Assembly: GCF_000517085.1 (NCBI RefSeq)
Contig: NZ_KI912107.1
Span: 866,398-930,397 of the forward strand
Reading direction: 5' to 3'
Length of the DNA: 64,000 nt
From: Saccharicrinis fermentans DSM 9555 = JCM 21142
GTDB lineage: Bacteria > Bacteroidota > Bacteroidia > Bacteroidales > Marinilabiliaceae
Both the position numbers and the translations under genes were made by a program. The notes under the pieces were generated by a model. It searched no databases, was not told the DNA's origin, and saw only the letters and a list, made by a program, of their open reading frames with translations. Positions 61,892 through 64,000 of the stretch are shown piece after piece. The stretch's first letter is position 1; every line of letters starts with the position of its first letter.

Positions 61892-63694
61892 ATGAATAAA
61901 ATATTATTATATACACTAACTATTCTTTCGGGGTACATTTGTTTTTCTTGTAATGATGACCTCCTAGATACCAAGCCTCTAGATAAATATACAGAGGTGG
62001 ACATATGGAATGATGCCAGCTTGGCGCAAGGTTTTATTTATAATACATATGGCTCTGTTATTCCGGAATTATTTGTTAATCCACTGGATCCACAAAGTCG
62101 TTTTGGTGGAGTAGGAAATGATGATTATACAGACAATGTATTAACACGAAAATCAAATAACATAGCACGTGATCTGATAGACAAATACTTTGATGCTGGT
62201 TGGGCAAAAAATAATTCGTACTATTTCTTCGGGAAGGCTCCTTCTGGAAATAAGGCGCCTATCAAAAAGAATTCCTTTGAGGTAATTCGAGACTGTAATC
62301 TAATTATTGAAAAGGTATCAGCTTCGACAGGTATTATCGAAAGTGAAAAGGCAGCACTGGTAGCACAAGGTAAAATGTTACGAGCCTTGATTTATTATAC
62401 CAAAGCTCGTTTGTTTGGTAAGTATGTCATTATTGACAAGGTACTGACTCCTGATGATGAGTTGAAATTACCACGTTCAAAAACCATTAAGGAGACCTAT
62501 GATTTTATCATTAAAGATCTTCAGGAAGCAGCACCTGACTTAAAAGGAGCAAATGAAGTACAAAGTGGGCAACTCACCCAGGGGGCTGCATATGCAATGT
62601 TAGCTGAAATTGCTTTACAAGGGGCTGCATATATTGAAGAAGGAAAAGAAGATTACTATCAGATTGCCAAAGAGGCTAGTGAAAAATTGTTTGATTTAGG
62701 GTATTCGTTGGATTCGGATTATGGTACATTATTTAATGATTACGATTATGCATTAAATTCGAATTCTATAATACTTGGATTATATAAGCATATTGATGTT
62801 ACTTGGTGTCAGCAAACACTGATGCAAGGTATTGTACCCAACCTTGAAGTGTCTGCAACCACAGGTAGCCCTGCATTAAAGGAGTCTTTTTTAGGATGGA
62901 CAGAAGTATGGCCTTCCTGTAGTCTTGTGGATGATTATTTGGTAGCTGATGTTGATGGAGTAGCCAAGCGCTGGGATGAGACTTCTTATTTTGACGATTT
63001 TGAGTCAAAAGGCGGTTATATTTCCAATGCCATATATAACAAACATCGTGATGCTAGATTTTTTGCCTCTATAGTGCAGGATTCATCTAAGCTTTTTTCT
63101 AATGTTATATCAACACGTGTGGGAGGAAATCTTCATTATGCAGAGAGTACCAAAGGAACAAATCGTTCAACACCATCAGGCTACTTTATTCGTAAGGGAA
63201 TTTATGACATGGAAGGATTTAAAGCAGTAGTGCATACTAATTATCATCAGGTTGTTACTCGTATTGGAAGAGCTTATTTGAATTATGCTGAGGTAATGTT
63301 GCGATTGAATCAGCCTGAAATAGCGATTGAGTATATTAATAAAACACGAACAGTGCATGGAGGATTACCCGCTTTATCAACAAGTATTGGTCTCAATGAA
63401 GCATGGAGGTGGTATAAAATTGAACGTAGAGTTGAGCTGTTTTTTGAAAATGATAGATACTGGTCTCTTTTAAGATGGGGTAAAGAGGAAGGTGGAAATG
63501 TTATTTCAGAGTTAAATGATACACAACATACATTTTTTGAAATTGCAGCTGACGGTAAGAGTTATCAAATTATGCCTGTAATTTTGAGTCCTAACAACCA
63601 TAAGAAGAGATTTTCTACCAAACGTTACCTGTTCCCTGTTCCTGAAAATGAGAGAATACTTAACGATATGTTGGATCAAAATCCGGGATGGTAG
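61892..63694 (+). CDS. SusD/RagB-family nutrient-binding outer-membrane lipoprotein
   Basis: Lipobox ICFSCND, about 600 aa, and a TPR-like alpha-helical profile immediately downstream of SusC. Confidence 0.85.
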   Translation: MNKILLYTLTILSGYICFSCNDDLLDTKPLDKYTEVDIWNDASLAQGFIYNTYGSVIPELFVNPLDPQSRFGGVGNDDYTDNVLTRKSNNIARDLIDKYFDAGWAKNNSYYFFGKAPSGNKAPIKKNSFEVIRDCNLIIEKVSASTGIIESEKAALVAQGKMLRALIYYTKARLFGKYVIIDKVLTPDDELKLPRSKTIKETYDFIIKDLQEAAPDLKGANEVQSGQLTQGAAYAMLAEIALQGAAYIEEGKEDYYQIAKEASEKLFDLGYSLDSDYGTLFNDYDYALNSNSIILGLYKHIDVTWCQQTLMQGIVPNLEVSATTGSPALKESFLGWTEVWPSCSLVDDYLVADVDGVAKRWDETSYFDDFESKGGYISNAIYNKHRDARFFASIVQDSSKLFSNVISTRVGGNLHYAESTKGTNRSTPSGYFIRKGIYDMEGFKAVVHTNYHQVVTRIGRAYLNYAEVMLRLNQPEIAIEYINKTRTVHGGLPALSTSIGLNEAWRWYKIERRVELFFENDRYWSLLRWGKEEGGNVISELNDTQHTFFEIAADGKSYQIMPVILSPNNHKKRFSTKRYLFPVPENERILNDMLDQNPGW

Positions 63695-63870
63695 TACTCT
63701 TTATGAGTTTATTATGACGAGTGCTCATAAGATTGTATTGTGCTTTGATGCGCTCGTTTATTCATCTTGTGAAAGATAAATTAAGAAATACTCATGTAGT
63801 GAAGTTTTATAAACCTTTATGTGGTTCATTGCATGGATGTTTCATATAGTAACTGTTATAATATAAGTAT

Positions 63871-64000
63871 ATGAAAAAAATTAATTATATATCATTAGCT
63901 CTTTTGATGCTTGTTTTTTCTTCGTGTTTAAAGTCCGGATTAGACGATTTACCCGCCTTTGATGAAGCAAATATTGAAAATTTCACCTTTGAATATCGAT
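63871..64000 (+). CDS. lipoprotein, 5' part only (runs off the window end); likely SusE/F-like PUL surface protein
   Basis: MKKINYISLALLMLVFSSCLKSGLDD lipobox signal. Confidence 0.4.
   Translation, partial: MKKINYISLALLMLVFSSCLKSGLDDLPAFDEANIENFTFEYR

Overview
Bacteroidota-type chromosome segment. The evidence is low GC, TTG/TAnnTTTG-like promoters, SusC/SusD pairs, a T9SS C-terminal sorting domain, Cys-type sulfatases and lipobox proteins. The window runs from housekeeping and metal-resistance genes (the speA 3' end, a satD/DUF3307 pair, an arsR-arsC-arsM-acr3 arsenic cluster), through an unusual NAD/ADP-ribose-themed operon lying divergent to a trypsin-protease/nuclease fusion, to a GH9 endoglucanase. 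It then crosses a roughly 13 kb IS-riddled accessory region at 18.5-31.4 kb. That region holds IS66 3'-end remnants (three here, a fourth further on), an IS3 element, a frameshifted IS256, an orphan antitoxin with an IS-truncated toxin, a metallopeptidase toxin with tandem duplicated immunity lipoproteins, a GC-rich structured RNA-like element, and a WYL regulator. It is bounded by a decayed paralog and an intact copy of an SPFH-RtcB RNA-repair pair. Downstream come mnmE, sucD, a GNAT, hcp/hcpR nitrosative-stress genes and two tandem tRNA-Arg(ACG) genes. The window ends with a sulfated-glycan polysaccharide-utilization locus (two sulfatases, a beta-helix protein, a 995-aa unknown, SusC/SusD). 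Its hybrid two-component regulator gene has been cleanly split by a recent IS insertion. No CRISPR array or rRNA was found.
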